Program-made: the position numbers and the translations under genes
Notes under the pieces: model-generated
Told to the model about the DNA's origin: nothing
The model's input: only the letters and a program-made list of their open reading frames with translations
Databases searched by the model: none
Assembly (NCBI RefSeq): GCF_036971445.1
Contig: NC_091479.1
Location: forward strand, 5,642,001-5,706,000
Origin: Narcine bancroftii
Taxonomy: Eukaryota
DNA: 64,000 nt
Reading direction: 5' to 3'
Part shown: positions 37,157-50,700 of the stretch, piece after piece
How the letters are laid out: every line of letters begins with the position of its first letter
Position numbering within the stretch: the stretch's first letter is position 1

Positions 37157-40100
37157 ATGGCGCCGCGGTCGGTTCGGCGGCCGCTGCTGTGGCTGTTGTT
37201 GGGGTTGGCGGCGGCCGGTGAGTCCGGCGGACAGGGCCTCGTGGGGTCCGCCCGCCCGCCCGCCCCCGTCCCCGCTGGGCCCATCCAACCGACCCCCTCT
37301 CTGTCACCCGCCCCGGGGCCCCGTCGGCTCCAGCCGCCCCGACGCCATGATCGGCCCTGACGCTTCTGCTTGTCGTCCACAGACTCTCCGAGCACGGGCG
37401 CTCCCGACGGCCTGGCCCGCTCCGGCGGCACCGGCCTCCCGCTCACCAGCGGCCCGGGCAGCAGCAGCAGCGGCGGCCGCCCGCCTGAACTCCCTGAATC
37501 GGGTAAGCGGGCGCTGGGGGCGGCCCGGCTTCTCGGCGGGGACTCGCCTTGTCGTCTCACTCGCCTTGTTTGTGTTTGCAGCGGCCAGCTCCCCGCCTCC
37601 TCACCTGGCCCAATGCCCGAGCGCCGGCCACTGCAGCCGGCTGCCTCCCGTCTGTCTGGACTGCCTCATGCACCACAACTGTGTGTACGGAAAGGAAGCA
37701 TCGTTCAACTGCAGCGTCAAACCCGACGTGCAGTGTGTAGTAAGTGCCTCCTCTGTCGAATTCCTCACAGAACGTTCCAGCAATACAGGCCGTTCGGCCC
37801 GCGATCTTGTACTATTCATATCCAGAACAACGAAACCCCTTTTTTTCCCCTCTCTCCTCATATCCCTTTTTCCTCTTTCATCCACCTACCTAAGAGGCTT
37901 TTAAATGGACTATTATCTCAGCCTCCACCACCATCCCTGACATTCCAGGCACCTACAATTTGATGTAAAAAAGTTATCTCCGTCTCCCCTAAGTTTCCTT
38001 CCCTTCACTTTGTACACATGTCCTCTGCTGTTTGCTACTCCTGCTCTCGGTAAAAGATACTGTCTGTCCACCCTATCTACGCTTCTCAGAATCTTACTGA
38101 CCTCTATTAAGTCACCTCTCATCCTTTGGCCCCAGAGAAATGTCCCAGCTCTGCTCATCAGACTAGGCATTACATGGAATGGTGCACCACATGAACAGTT
38201 CCTTCCGCCCATTATCTCTGTGCTCACCATGGTGTCAGTCTCACTAATCCCATCTGCTGCGACGCTGGGTCTCCCTCCATTCCTTGCCTGGCATCACTCC
38301 AAATGGTGTCATTTTTTATCCTCGACACAGGGAATAAATTTGTCTAAAGTACCAAAACCTCTGAATGATAAATCTGAAATAAATCAAAGATATATTTTTC
38401 ACCACAAAGGTCCATCAAGTTAATTTAATTTCTCAGCTCAGGATATTCATAGTTTGGAAGATATTCCAGTCTAATTCTGCCATAGCCTGATGCCACTAAA
38501 ATACATTATTTGGTTCACCATGCCAGTACTCATCTACTCTAATCTTTTTTTCCAGCACTTGGCATTTAGTTTTCTATACTTTGGTGAATCAAATGATTCA
38601 CTGGCCACTTTTTTTTAACGTTTCTACCTTCATAACCCCTATCAAAATAATTGTATGTCATATTCCAATCACCTTGTGATTCATGTTCCTTCTAAACTCC
38701 ATCCGACCTCTGGTTTTAGATACCTCTGCTGGAGGGAAAAGTTCTTCCTTATCTAATGCCTTTGTAATTGTAACACTATTGTTAGGAGTTTTTGAGTAAA
38801 TGCTACACCATTATAACCACATGAGCTCACTGTATAAGTAAACAGTTGTAAGTTGTGTGTACAAAGGATGTTTATCTGTCTGATATTAAGATCTTAACAT
38901 TTTGGGATTGTGTGAAGTTCTACTTTGTTTGATCAGTACTCTAGCTTTTGATGTCTTAATTTAGAACATTTCTGACTTTTTTCCAATCAACAATGTTCAT
39001 CTTTGGTTGAATGTGAGGGATCAATTAGTCAGAGGGGTATTTCTCTAGTGCTGAGGTCTTTGGTGAAAGTAGAGACTAGTTATCTCTCCACCTTCCTGGG
39101 ATAAAGCATCGTGGAGTATTACCATTCCACAACCATCCCTAACTTGTACTTTAGGTGATAGATTGTTAAAAGCCATTGGCAACCCTAGAGGGCAAAAGAG
39201 TTGAGATTGTACAGGCTGATGAGATGGAACCCTGGTCTGCAAGGGGTGCGATAAGAAATCTTTAATAGTTGGCCTTAGCTGACTGCATCACAAGAATGAA
39301 TTCTGCAACTTAACAGTAAATTTGTTATGATCAAACATCAAGTTCCCCTGTGTTTTTTGTTGCTGTTTGTCTGTTCAGGATGAGAATAAGATCGAACAGA
39401 AAACATTGCAGATTACATTCATCTGTCAGTTCTGCTGGCAGTTGCCAACCACTCAATATCACTGCAAGGAAACAACAAAATGCAAGACTGTACGTTGTCC
39501 ACGTGAATACTTTATTTCCAACTGCACAGCTCTGGAACATGTGCATTGTCTTGGTAAGTTGTCTGTTTTAAAAATTTTAATTTAGACCTGCAGCATGGCA
39601 CAGGTAATTTCAGTCTGAGCTATCCAATTAACTTAAACCACCCACCACCCCCCCCCCCCCCCCCCCCCCGGTTCATTTTGAACGATGGGAAGAAACCGGA
39701 GTGCCAGGGAAAATACATGCAGACACAGGGTGAATGTACAGACAGGAGTTTGAACCCCGGTCCCGATCGCTGGTGTTGTAACAAGCATTGTGCTAACCTT
39801 GAGAAAACAAAAGTTGGTATTGTATGTGATTGCATCAGAATCTTCAAATTTAAAAATATTTCCCACAACGCAGAATTTTCATAAACTGTTTTCAGGATGT
39901 GACCATTTGGGCTATTAATTCCATGTGTGCTGTTGGAAGTAATAGATGAAGTCATGTGGTGAGGCCCCGAGTATATTAACTAAATGTCTGCAGTGATGCA
40001 TGAAAGTCTGCAGGTGCTGTGATTGTAGTAAAAACACACGAATGCTGGAGGAACTCAGCCAGTCTCACAGCGTCCATGAGTGGTAAAGATACATTACTGA

Positions 40101-43100
40101 CGTTTCAGGCCTGAGTCCTTCAAAGTATCAGGATAAAGGAGGAAGCTGTAATTGAGAGATGCTGTGAGACCGGCTGAGTTCCTCCAGTATTTCTGTATGT
40201 TTTTACTTTAATTATATGCCTTGGACAAAATATAGAGCATTACACTGCAGTACAGGTGCCTCAGCCCTCAATGTTGTGCCAGCCCATACATACACTTACC
40301 AAAATAAAATAAACTAAACCCTCCCTACCTCATTCTACCTTTGAGTCATTCATTTTTGAAAAACATTCCTTCTGCAGCACCCTGACCAAATAATGAAAAG
40401 ATGTGCTGAAATTACGTTTTAACTATACAAAAGGCGAGTCAAAGTCCTTTTGAATGTTTCCAAGTAATATATCCAGGAAGGATATCATGACATCGAAGGA
40501 ATGCAGTGCTGGTTATTGAAAGGGTTAATTTTCCCCTCGATGTGAAGTTTAAATGACTGCATCAAAAATTACAAGTTGGGAAGTACTGTTGGGATGAATA
40601 GCATCTGGTGTTCGGAAAGCCCTAACAAAAAAAAAGGTATACAGGTGAAGAATTAAAACCACAGTGCCTTGCAAGATTAAACATGAGCACTATATAATAA
40701 GGATTGTGGAAGTTTGAATATTTTTTTTACAAAAGTTTTTTTTGTGTGTGCCATTCATTACAAACTGCACAGGTAGTTGAGAGGTGTGCAAATTCTGTTG
40801 CTGTAGCTTTAAGATCATATAATGGTAAATACAGAAAACCCCCTGGTATCTGGCATCTATGGAGATTTGTAGATGCCAGATAAGTGAACTTCCTGGTTGC
40901 TTGAGATTGCATTGATCTGCGATTGGTAAACTAATGACCAGGCATGCCAATTTTAAACTTCTGTATTTTTAAAAAACCTATTTATTTTCTGCGTTTTTTT
41001 TTGCCAGTAGCTTCAGGTTGCTGGTTGCTTGCATTCTGGATAATATATTTTACTATATTAATATATTTTACTATGTTGTGAATCAAAAATTGTCAGAACT
41101 TTACTGATTGTGGATGTGATGCAATACATTACACCAGGGGTGGCCAAACCGGGGCACATGAGCCACATGCAGCTTTTTGGCACTGTTCGTGGAGGTATTT
41201 TGGCCGTGTAATGTGGCTGGGCATGGGTTACGATCACGTGATTGTCACACATGCGGCTTTGTTGCAGACAGTGGAATCAGTGGAGTGTAAGTGTGATCTA
41301 GGCCACCCTCTCAACCGAGCTACCAACACCCCAGCTGCCCACCCATCCAAGCTACTGATGCCCTGGCTGCCATCTTTCTCTAAGGCCCCAGCACTTACCC
41401 ATCCTTCGAGCTCCCGACAACTTGAATGCAGACTTACCTACTGGTTGTGCCGGCCCATCTGAGCTGATGCAGGTGCTGACTGCAGTCAAAAGTACGTGTG
41501 TAATAGTCAACCTCCTAAATTTTACCCTGAAAGTTTTATGATTACACAAGTATATATGGTTTGTGTACTTTTTTGATTATTGAAACTAATACAAATTAGC
41601 AGTTTAAAAACTACATGCATGAATAAATATTATTACATACATATATTTCTTAATATTTATATAGCGTGTAACAAAATGTGCATGTAAGAGTAAAAATGTG
41701 TGTGTAATATTTTTTCATGTCTTGCAGGACTCAGGCATCTTAAGTTTAAAGAATGTGGCTTTTACATTAAGCAAGTTTTCCTCCCAGCATCACACCTTGC
41801 TCTTGGGGTGTTGTTTCTGTAATAGGTTCTGCCAGGGATGTGCTGTTTATGTTTGTATCCTGGGTTCTTATTTCACAGTTGTAATTGTTTTTCTCAACCA
41901 TGGACGTGGGAAACATGCATAAAAGAACATTTAATATCTTGAAGTCTGAGGTTTTTTACATTTTATTTGTCAGGTAATCGCACATTTCAGAAGAAGGTGT
42001 ATTGCAATTGGACAGGGGGTTACAAGTGGTCAACTGCATTGGCTCTGAGGTGAGGAGATGTTTTGAATGAGGACTCTTTTCTTTTTAATCCTGTCTCTAC
42101 TCCAAAGTTGATTGATCTGTCAGTGGTAGGGCTGCTTAGGATTATACAGGCTGGTCCGTGTTTTGTCTCTTGCAATGCTCCCTTTTTGCCGCTCCAGAGG
42201 CATTTGTTCATTCTCAAGACTATCTGCTTCCAGCTGTCACTCAGTACCCATCTATCACCTTGTTAGTAATTGCTGCAAAAGACTGGCATATTTCTTTTTA
42301 TAATGGGTGTTGTTTGTGGAACACTGGCTCATGTTGGAGAAGTGATGGCTATTGGTCTTCACTCCTTCAAGGACATCTTTAGGAGGCAGTGTCTCAAGAA
42401 AGCAGTGTTTGTCCTCAAGATCCCTCACCACCCAGGCCATGCCCTCTTCTCACTGCTACCATCAGGAAGGAGGTACAGAAGCCGAATACCCAATGTTACA
42501 AAAACAGCTTCTTCCCCACCACCGTCGGATTTCTAAATGGACAATGAACCTACGCTTTTTTACCCTCCGGCTCACTTTTTAAAATCTTTTGCACTAATTA
42601 TATTTAAATATATTTAAGGAACCAATATTTGTAACAATTCTGCAGCACAATAACGCTGCCGCAAAACTACGAATTCCACGAGACATGGTCATGACAATAA
42701 ACCTGGTTCTATTCCTGTAATAATGACCCCATAATATCAGGTGTCAAAACATTAATCGTGACTTGCTGGATCATTTCAGAATGATCAGGATGTTCAGCAG
42801 TAAAGAGAAAGATGTCTTGAGTTTCAGCCACATTTATCTGGAGTGCTTTGATCAGATGAAGATGGCAGACTTCCTTCCCTGTTGGACATTTCTGTCTTTT
42901 TACAATAATTTTGACAGTTCTATAATCATAATTATTGACGACTGGTATTTTATTTCAGTAATTTATTGGAATGGAATACCCAATATATGAGCAGCAGATG
43001 TTGGGAGTATTTCCGTTAATTGGAAGAAGGGGGTCTGGCAGTAGAGTCTAGTGTGGTATTGACCCAGGGTTTCAGGTCAGCAATGACGGGCAGAGATGAT

Positions 43101-44356
43101 ACAAGTTTGAAAGCATTTGGCATAATTCAATGGTCAGAAATTTGGGTCCAAGAGAATGCTTGTCTGATTAGTTGGTGAGAGAAGAGAATAAAACATGAAA
43201 GTCTGCAGACACCCCTAGTTGAAGTAAAGTACATTGCTGGAGAAACTCAGCAGGTCCAACGGTGTGTTTTATGGAGCAAAGATGCATAACCAACATTTTG
43301 GGCTTGAGCCCTTCAGCAAGCTATGTGGTGAGAGAACAGGTGTTGGGAGTTTCTTTTCCTAGTGGGTACACCAAACATTTGAAAAGCATTTAATTTGGAG
43401 TTGTATGATCATTATGGTCGGTCGTATTCTGAGTTATCAATAACAAGCCACCTTGATCTGTGCAGTAACTCCTCTGTGGTCATGTGATTTAATTGTTTTC
43501 CCCATGTGGAACATCCATGAAAATGCACAGGTTATTTTGCCTTATACCTGTTGAATCTGGTCTCCCAACGTGTGGTCTCCCTCAAGTCGTTCACTACGTA
43601 GAAACATAGCAGTTTATTTTTTGAAAAACATTCCTTTGCAGCAGCCCGCCCAAGAACAGAAAATACCCTGGTTTCCAGAATTCAAGCAAGTGGCAAAAAA
43701 AAGTGAGGAAATTTAGTTAAATAAATAAAGAGCATTTAGATAATAGGTAAAAATATGCAAGTTTAAATTTGTAAATGTTCTCTGAAGTAACACGTAAGCC
43801 TTTGGTGACAATGGGAGCAAGTATTCAGCCAGCGGAGAGCCTTGGTCGTGCTTTGCTCATAGCAGCTGTTTGCCATTTCAAACTTCTCTATTGGTGTCAC
43901 CCAGGATGACAAGCTCACCATTGGGGTGACTCTCTTAAAGTGTCTCCTTATCCCTGATTAGTAAGATTCGCCCTTGGGTGGGGGTAACAATGTCATTGTT
44001 CGTCTTTCGGGCAGCTCCATGGAGGGGGAGGAACCTGCAGATGCAGGACGGTTAAATGTTTTAAAAGAATGTGACTGAAGATACTATGGCTAGGCTAAAC
44101 TATTACTAAAGGCCTTGTGTTGAACCACAGATTTGCTATCATGTGGATGTGTTCACATTTTTGCTAACTGAAGTTTTAATTTGCTTTCAGCATCACATTG
44201 GGAGGGTTTGGAGCTGACCGTTTCTATTTGGGCCAATGGAAGGAGGGGCTCGGTAAACTCTTTAGCTTTGGAGGCCTTGGAATATGGACTTTGATAGATG
44301 TTCTGCTAATTGGGATTGGCTATGTTGGACCTGCTGATGGCTCATTGTACATCTGA
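37157..44356 (+). CDS. TM2D3: TM2 domain-containing protein 3, 6 coding exons, 251 aa
   Basis: Exons 37157-37217 (signal peptide MAPRSVRRPLLWLLLGLAAA), 37383-37502, 37582-37739 (CPSAGHCSRLPPVCLDC..CVYGK), 39379-39553 (CQFCWQLP..CPREYFISNCT..HVHCL), 41974-42049 (GNRTFQKKVYCNWTGGYKWSTALAL) and 44191-44356 (SITLGGFGADRFYLGQWKEGLGKLFSFGGLGIWTLIDVLLIGIGYVGPADGSLYI*). All introns are GT-AG, 756 nt in frame. Confidence 0.97.
37765..38160 (-). mobile_element. CR1 3' fragment
   Basis: QRMRGDLIEVSKILRSVDRVD..SRGH. Confidence 0.8.
40000..40208. repeat. Penelope-related inverted-repeat element; similar copies near 5320-5410, 25530-25690, 43195-43325, 47080-47210 and 55730-55930
   Basis: Arms ATGCTGGAGGAACTCAGCCAGTCTCACAGCGTC and GATGCTGTGAGACCGGCTGAGTTCCTCCAGTAT are reverse complements. 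Confidence 0.6.
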
Positions 44357-45437
44357 GCTGCACAAGAACCTTTTCCTGTGACAACAGTGTGGGGCTTTAT
44401 GGGACACCAGTGGCTGATATCTGGAAGTATGTGGTATTTGTACAGGATTTGCTTTTTTAAAAAATCTTGCCTTTATCCACCTGAAGACTTGTATGACGTT
44501 GAATTGCCTTGTACAATCGGTTCTGTTGCTTTTAGAATTGTTGGTCAGTGGCATTTTGCTTTTTCCTGTGATTCTGGTTCTTGATCACATCTCTTCACGG
44601 GGAAATTTGCAAATAAAGTCTCCATACAAATCTGACCATTCTAATGGAGTGAGCTGTGGAACTGAAGTAGAGCTGAAAAAGATTTTAAAGATCTGTCCTC
44701 CTGCAGGCATTCATTGTTTGATTAACCTCACTTTCTTGGAGAAATGAGAGAAGATGGAAGAGGCAAGGGAATGGTTTTAGGTTCCGGGCAGCAGGATTTG
44801 TTTATCGCTTCTTGGCCTGAAATTTACTGGTGATATTTTCAGTCACACATTCAAAGTACAACTTGGTATTAAAAATGGATGTTAGGACTTGGAATTGACA
44901 GTTCATTGTTCAGATGCTAGTTTGTTGGGCCAATGTTGCACTGCTTAATCAACCAGGACCAACTTTTTGGTTCTGGCATGGTCAAAATATTCTGGTCCTC
45001 TAATGTTAGCCAGCTCCTATGTAATATTACTGATTACCAGGGATGTGGACAACCTCTTAGCTGCAGAATGTGGTTTGGGAGAGCTGGAAAGAGAGTGTCC
45101 TCCCATGTCTATCTCTCCATACTTCTATCAGTTTGATCTGCAGGGCTGCAGTGACAGATGTCATGCTACAGCGATGTGCTGTGTTTGTATTTGAGGGAAG
45201 GATCACAGTAATGCACCATGAGGTGCCTGGTGGAAGTATCTGCAAGAAATTCCAACTATCTTGAGGCAAAACTCAGTACAGATGAAGGTGAATTCTGATA
45301 ACTGCTTTCTTTGAATAATGCCTGTTTTCCACCATGATTACATGTGTGGTTTGTGAGTATTTGACCAGCAGGTTGGATTCAGTACTTTGGACAAGTGTCA
45401 AAATTTACTCAACTGTATATTGTTACAAAAATGTGAG

Positions 45438-45443
45438 AATAAA
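45438..45443 (+). terminator. Candidate TM2D3 polyadenylation signal (alternatives at 44612 and 45483)
   Basis: AATAAA downstream of the stop codon, followed by T/GT-rich sequence. Confidence 0.4.
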
Positions 45444-45849
45444 CATTTTAAACAATGATTTGAATCTCCTCTCTTGATTTGTAATAAACTTGACTGAGAA
45501 GAGTGGCATTCTGGTCACTTTTGATGTTCTGTATTGTATGTTCCTGATCTTAAATGCATGGAAATATTTCCACTACAATTAAAACAAAATGGTGGAAAAT
45601 CTAACAAATCATGGTGGCATCAGTGGGACTATTTCGGTTTGCTTTAATACCAGAATAATGGAATCTACTAAATGTTAAACTGCAATGAGATAGCAAGAGA
45701 AGTGTTTCTACATCATTGAGAAGGTGACCTCACGGAAAAATTTTGAGGTTGGTTTCAGATTTTTGTGATTCTTGCAAGTTATATGTTGAATCCTTTCTGA
45801 ATATGCCCATTGAAATAGGTACCTGAATTTTGTTGAAGATTGCGTAATA

Positions 45850-46836
45850 CCAGAAACCTGATCACAACGAAAACAAAGATCTGACTTACTAAAACCAAAT
45901 TTTTTAAATTTTTCTGGTGTTAAATATAATTGATGTCTAAAACTATAATTAATCATCGCCAATCTAGCATTAATCAATTTTCGAACACTACTACGGCAGA
46001 TTTCAGACCAATCTTCTTCAGTTATTGTTAAACTTAAATCTTTTTCCCATTTCATTTACATGCTGTTTGGTTGTGTGATCAGTTACAACAATTTTGGAAA
46101 GGTATTCAATCTGTATTTAATAATCTATATAATCTTCATATTGTATTAGACCCTGATATATTTTTATTAGGGAATATGCAACCGGATCTCTTTTATTTAC
46201 TTAGCGCTGGCAGTGGCCAATAAATGTATAGCGATTACTTGCAAGAATAGAAATGTATTGAATAGGTGGTATTCAGAGATGAAGTTTTGTTTGGTTATGG
46301 AAAGAATATCTTTTTCTATACAAGATAAGATGTCTTTTTATGAGGTAAAGGGGATCCCATTTATTGATTATATACAATTTAAATAAGTTTGAATTAATCA
46401 TCTTTTTCTTTAAAAAAAACTTTTTTTATTATATATTTTTTCTATATATATATGTTTTCTTTGTTTTTCTCTTTTTTCTTTTTTTTTAGTTTATTATTAG
46501 TTGTTTTTTTTCATTTAAGTTCTTTTTTTGTTTTTTCATATTATATAATAAAATTTTTGGATTAATAATTAATTTTGTTATTAAGATATATTTTTTTTAA
46601 TTATACTAATAGTATTAATTCATCACTCTTTATCGTGGGGGTGGGGAGGGGGGGTTTAGGGGTTAAAAATAGTTTTTTTTTTAGTCTTAGTTTTTGGTTG
46701 TTAGGGGGAGATGCCAAGATTGGTATTGTATTAACTATGTTACTTTGTACTTGTATTACTTTATTTTGTATTTTTTCTGTACGTGAATTACTTACTTTCT
46801 TCATATGTTAAAATCAATAAAGTTTCGAGGAAATAA
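45850..46836 (+). mobile_element. L1-clade LINE, 5'-inverted, with a 14-bp TSD
   Basis: The minus segment 46055-45850 encodes KWEKDL..HQLYLTP..CFRCDQVSG. The plus segment from about 46056 continues LHAVWLCDQLQQFW, so the two halves form the ORF2 C-terminal zinc knuckle. T-rich 3'UTR, AATAAA at about 46816. TSD AAGATTGCGTAATA at 45836-45849 and 46837-46850. Confidence 0.88.
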
Positions 46837-47290
46837 AAGATTGCGTAATAAACAGTGCGAGAACAAACTTGTAGCAAAGTCTATTCACCAATCAATCTGC
46901 TTAATCTTTTTGCATAACTGCAATTTTTTATTCTCATCGGTTTAACGTCTGCCTGAAAATATGACCATTTTGGTAGGGTGGATTGCAGAAATGGTGGAAT
47001 CCTGGCCCTCTTGAGAGCTCTTTTATTGAGGCAGTGGATTCCAGATCACAACAATCCTCTGGCTCTTCTTGGAATCTAATACGTTGAAGGGCTCCGGCCC
47101 AAAATGTTGGCAATATATCTTTGTCTCCTATAGATGCTGAAAAGACCAGCTGAGATCCTCCACCATTTCAGTGGGTTTTTGCTACAATCACAGCATCTGC
47201 AGACTCCTGTTTCATTCAATTATACCTCATTCATTTGGCCTGATCCATTGCACTTTCCATGTCACTAAATGTTCTGTGCCTCCTCTAATT

Positions 47291-47777
47291 CAGTCGCTGT
47301 CAACCTTTTTCCCCCCACTCACATACCACCTTCAATAATCCCTTACTAACCATAGCACCTATGGCAGGGGTGGGCAACCTTTTTTAAAAGCTCACATTCT
47401 ACCTTAAGTAATCCCTATGCCATAAGTGGTCAGTGATTGGTTAGAGATTGTTTATGGTGATATGTGAGTGGGAAGGTTGAGAACCACTGCTCTACACTTA
47501 ATTGTGACCAAAGTATTTTGCTTGAGAAAAATTGTAATTGGCCCATTTCCTTTGGAAATATGAAACCCTGCACAGAATGAGTTAATTAAAATAGTGGTTT
47601 TCAAACGTCATCTTTCCATTCATACCACCTTAAGCAATCACATGGCACTTATGGCATAAGGATTAAGGTGGAATGTGAGTTTTTTTAAAAAGTTTGCCAC
47701 CCCTGTATGGCATAGGATCCCATAGATGCTCCATGGTTGGTTAAGGTGGTGGTGGGGGGGGAGGTTGAGAGCCACTG
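47291..47777. mobile_element. Nested hAT-like palindromic MITEs; a single copy lies at about 16633-16797
   Basis: CAGTGGTTCTCAACC-type termini. The inner element CAGGGGTGGGCAACC...TTTGCCACCCCTG spans about 47366-47705. Confidence 0.65.
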
Positions 47778-50700
47778 TCCTATCCCTTTTGTGTCTAGGT
47801 GGGAAGTAAATGACCATAAGGACACAGCTTAAATTCTGGCACCTCTTCCATGTTTCCATCATGATATGATTTCCAGCTTCCATTTTTAATTGAAATTTTT
47901 GCATTGTTGGCAAAACCATCATTTAATAATGTCGATTCCTAATTGCCCTTGAGTGTGGAGATAAGCCAGACTTCAACAGTAGTAACCTTCCTCGTGAAAA
48001 TGCTACCATAATGCAATCTACAAATTTGCCAATAACTTCACAGCCATCGGCAGAATCACAGACAACAATAAGCAAATGTACAGGAGGGAAATAGATCAGA
48101 TAGTTGAGTGGTGTTTCCACAACAACCTTGCACTCAATGTTAGCAAAACTAAGGAACTGATTGTGGACTTCAGGAGAACACAAACCAGTCCTTGGTTGAG
48201 GTGGTGGGGGTCAGCAGTGGAAAGGGTTAAGAACTTCAAAGATCTGTCTAACTGATTGCATCACTATCTGGTATGGAGGTACAAAGGCACAGTACAGGAA
48301 AAGACTACAGAGAGTGGTGAACTCAGCCAGTGCCATCGTAGACCTGTTTTTACTCCATTGAGGACATTGACAAGAGGTGGTTTCTTAAGAAAACAGGCTC
48401 TATCCTCAAGGACTCCTGTGAAAGAATAGGTATGAAATCTGCTTAACAAAGGGTTAATGAGTTGGGTGAGAATATAGTTGTGTTGACATGTTGGGAATGT
48501 GACTGCCTTCTAACATGACCTTCCCTGAGCAGTAGTGAGATAGGGTTAGGGTGGTAAGCAAAGAAAGTAGTAAAAGTAAATAAACCAAGAGTAAGGACAC
48601 CTGACATTTCCCAGTTGTCTGCAGACCCGACAAGGGAACATGTTCTTGTAAAAACAAGAATCGCCAAAACTTGTAGGGTTTCGTGCAGAACCCTGCCCAA
48701 AGGTGTCTAAAAGTGGGGTGAAAACTCTGTATGCTTTGAGTTGGGGCTCAATGTAGAGAATGAGTTACTGAACTCTTTCTTTGTGCCCCTCACTCCCGCT
48801 AGTGTTATCAAGGTTGAATAAAGAAACTTGTCGGCTTAATTGGATCTGCTGGGTTTTTTTGCTGTTTGTTTTATTACAGCGTGGGCTGACTTTCACACCC
48901 CCACCATCCAGGCCATGCCCTCTTCACTCTGCTACCATCAGGAAGTACAGGTGTCTGAAGATGAGCACTCAGTGGTTTTAAAAAGAAACTGCTTCTTCCC
49001 CTCTGCTGAACAGAGAATGAATCACAGACTCGACCTCCCTTTCTTTTGTATCAATTTACTTTAAATGTAATTTACAGCAATATTTGCACCTATAACAACA
49101 AATTTTGTGACAATAAATTCTGATTAGGGATGAGGTTCCAAAATTTAGGACCAGCCACATTAAAACCTGGATGTCGAGGTGCTCATGTCGTACCTAACAT
49201 TTTAAAAGTAGGTTTGAGAATTAGTATTAATTTAAGCAAGTAATTGCAGGACATTGTACGGAGAGAGTACATACTGCAGCCACTTTGTGGAAGAAATTGG
49301 TGTTCAGGGAGGTGCATTGGAACAAATATTCACCAAGGCAAATGGGAAGTGTACGTCACTCTTGGCTGTCAAGTGGTAAGTTCCTGTAGCCTCCCTGTTG
49401 GTCGCTGGCCCTGTTGAATCTCTGGTCAACAATGCCCCTCTGGAGTGTTGATTGTTAGGTGAACTGATGTTGCTGAGACCATTGAATGTCAGCTATTTTA
49501 GACACTTGTTGGAGATGCTCATTACCTTAATTCTTGCCCCATGTTCATGTATGAATGTTGTCAAGGACCAGAACTAAAAAATATTCTGCTTGTTTAATAC
49601 GAGTTCTTGTGTGACCTCTATGCTAGTCAATTTTCCAATAATCACAAATAATATCGCCTGCCTTGTACTTACTGGGACTCGAGGGCTTGCAGCACTTGGT
49701 CAGTTTAATTCCTGTATTCTTGATGTTATACTTGACTAACCAAGTCATATTTTATCGGTTGATGCTCTGATTTGTAAGGAAACTACAAATCCTTTTCTCA
49801 TCCCTCATTGGTTGTATGAAGGCCAGTATTCAAGTGTTTTATTTTCAAACATGCTTTCCATCTCAGAAATCCCATTTCATATCTATTTATTGCCAATCCC
49901 CAGTTTTTTTTTGTTGGTTCTTAACTTAGTCAAAAATTATTAGTTTAAAGATAAGTATTTGGTGTATATTTTACTCAGCCTTTCCATCAAATCACACCAA
50001 ATGTCCCTTACCACATCTTAACCAAAGCACTTGCAATATAAATCTTGCAAACTTAGAAAAGTTGAACACATTACAGAGCTTAGAATTGTGTACAAGATTT
50101 AGTACTTATAACAAATATGCTAACACCCACATTTCTTAATTAACACACTATGGCATTTTTCATTTGTTGCAGGCTGCTAAACTTGTATCAGCGCTTTTAT
50201 TGAACAAATCTATTGTGCAATCTGATTACTAAGGTTCAGGCTGTCAGGTCAACAGTTTATTCCTTTGTCCCTTTAGTTTTCCTGCCATGTCTCCCTCTTT
50301 TTGTTCCAATCTTGGTGTCTTTACAAGACAATTATATACTGTTTATCATATCTAGATCCTTATTCATCCCCATTTCAGCTCAAAGGGACAATCTTTATTT
50401 CTGTAACAATCCCCTAAAATTAGACTTTGTTATTATTCCACAGCTTTCCATTATACTATTGTCAGTTTTTATTACACCACCCTCTCCCATCCAATCCTCA
50501 ATTCTAGCCTTGGTCACCATACAGGCCCACTTTTGTGTTAGAACATGGTGGCACAAGCAAAATTGGTTTGATTTGTTTTGTTTATCATATAGTTTTGAAT
50601 TTTGTTTTCATTTTGTCCTTGAACCCATTTCTCCAATTAGCAGTTAGTGTAGGGAATCCAAACAAAATGGGATTGATGTTGCATTTCCTCAAAGATGGCA

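Noticed and set aside
35745-37307. 520-aa and 375-aa minus-strand ORFs
   Set aside because: They translate the 19-bp minisatellite and the TM2D3 CpG island.
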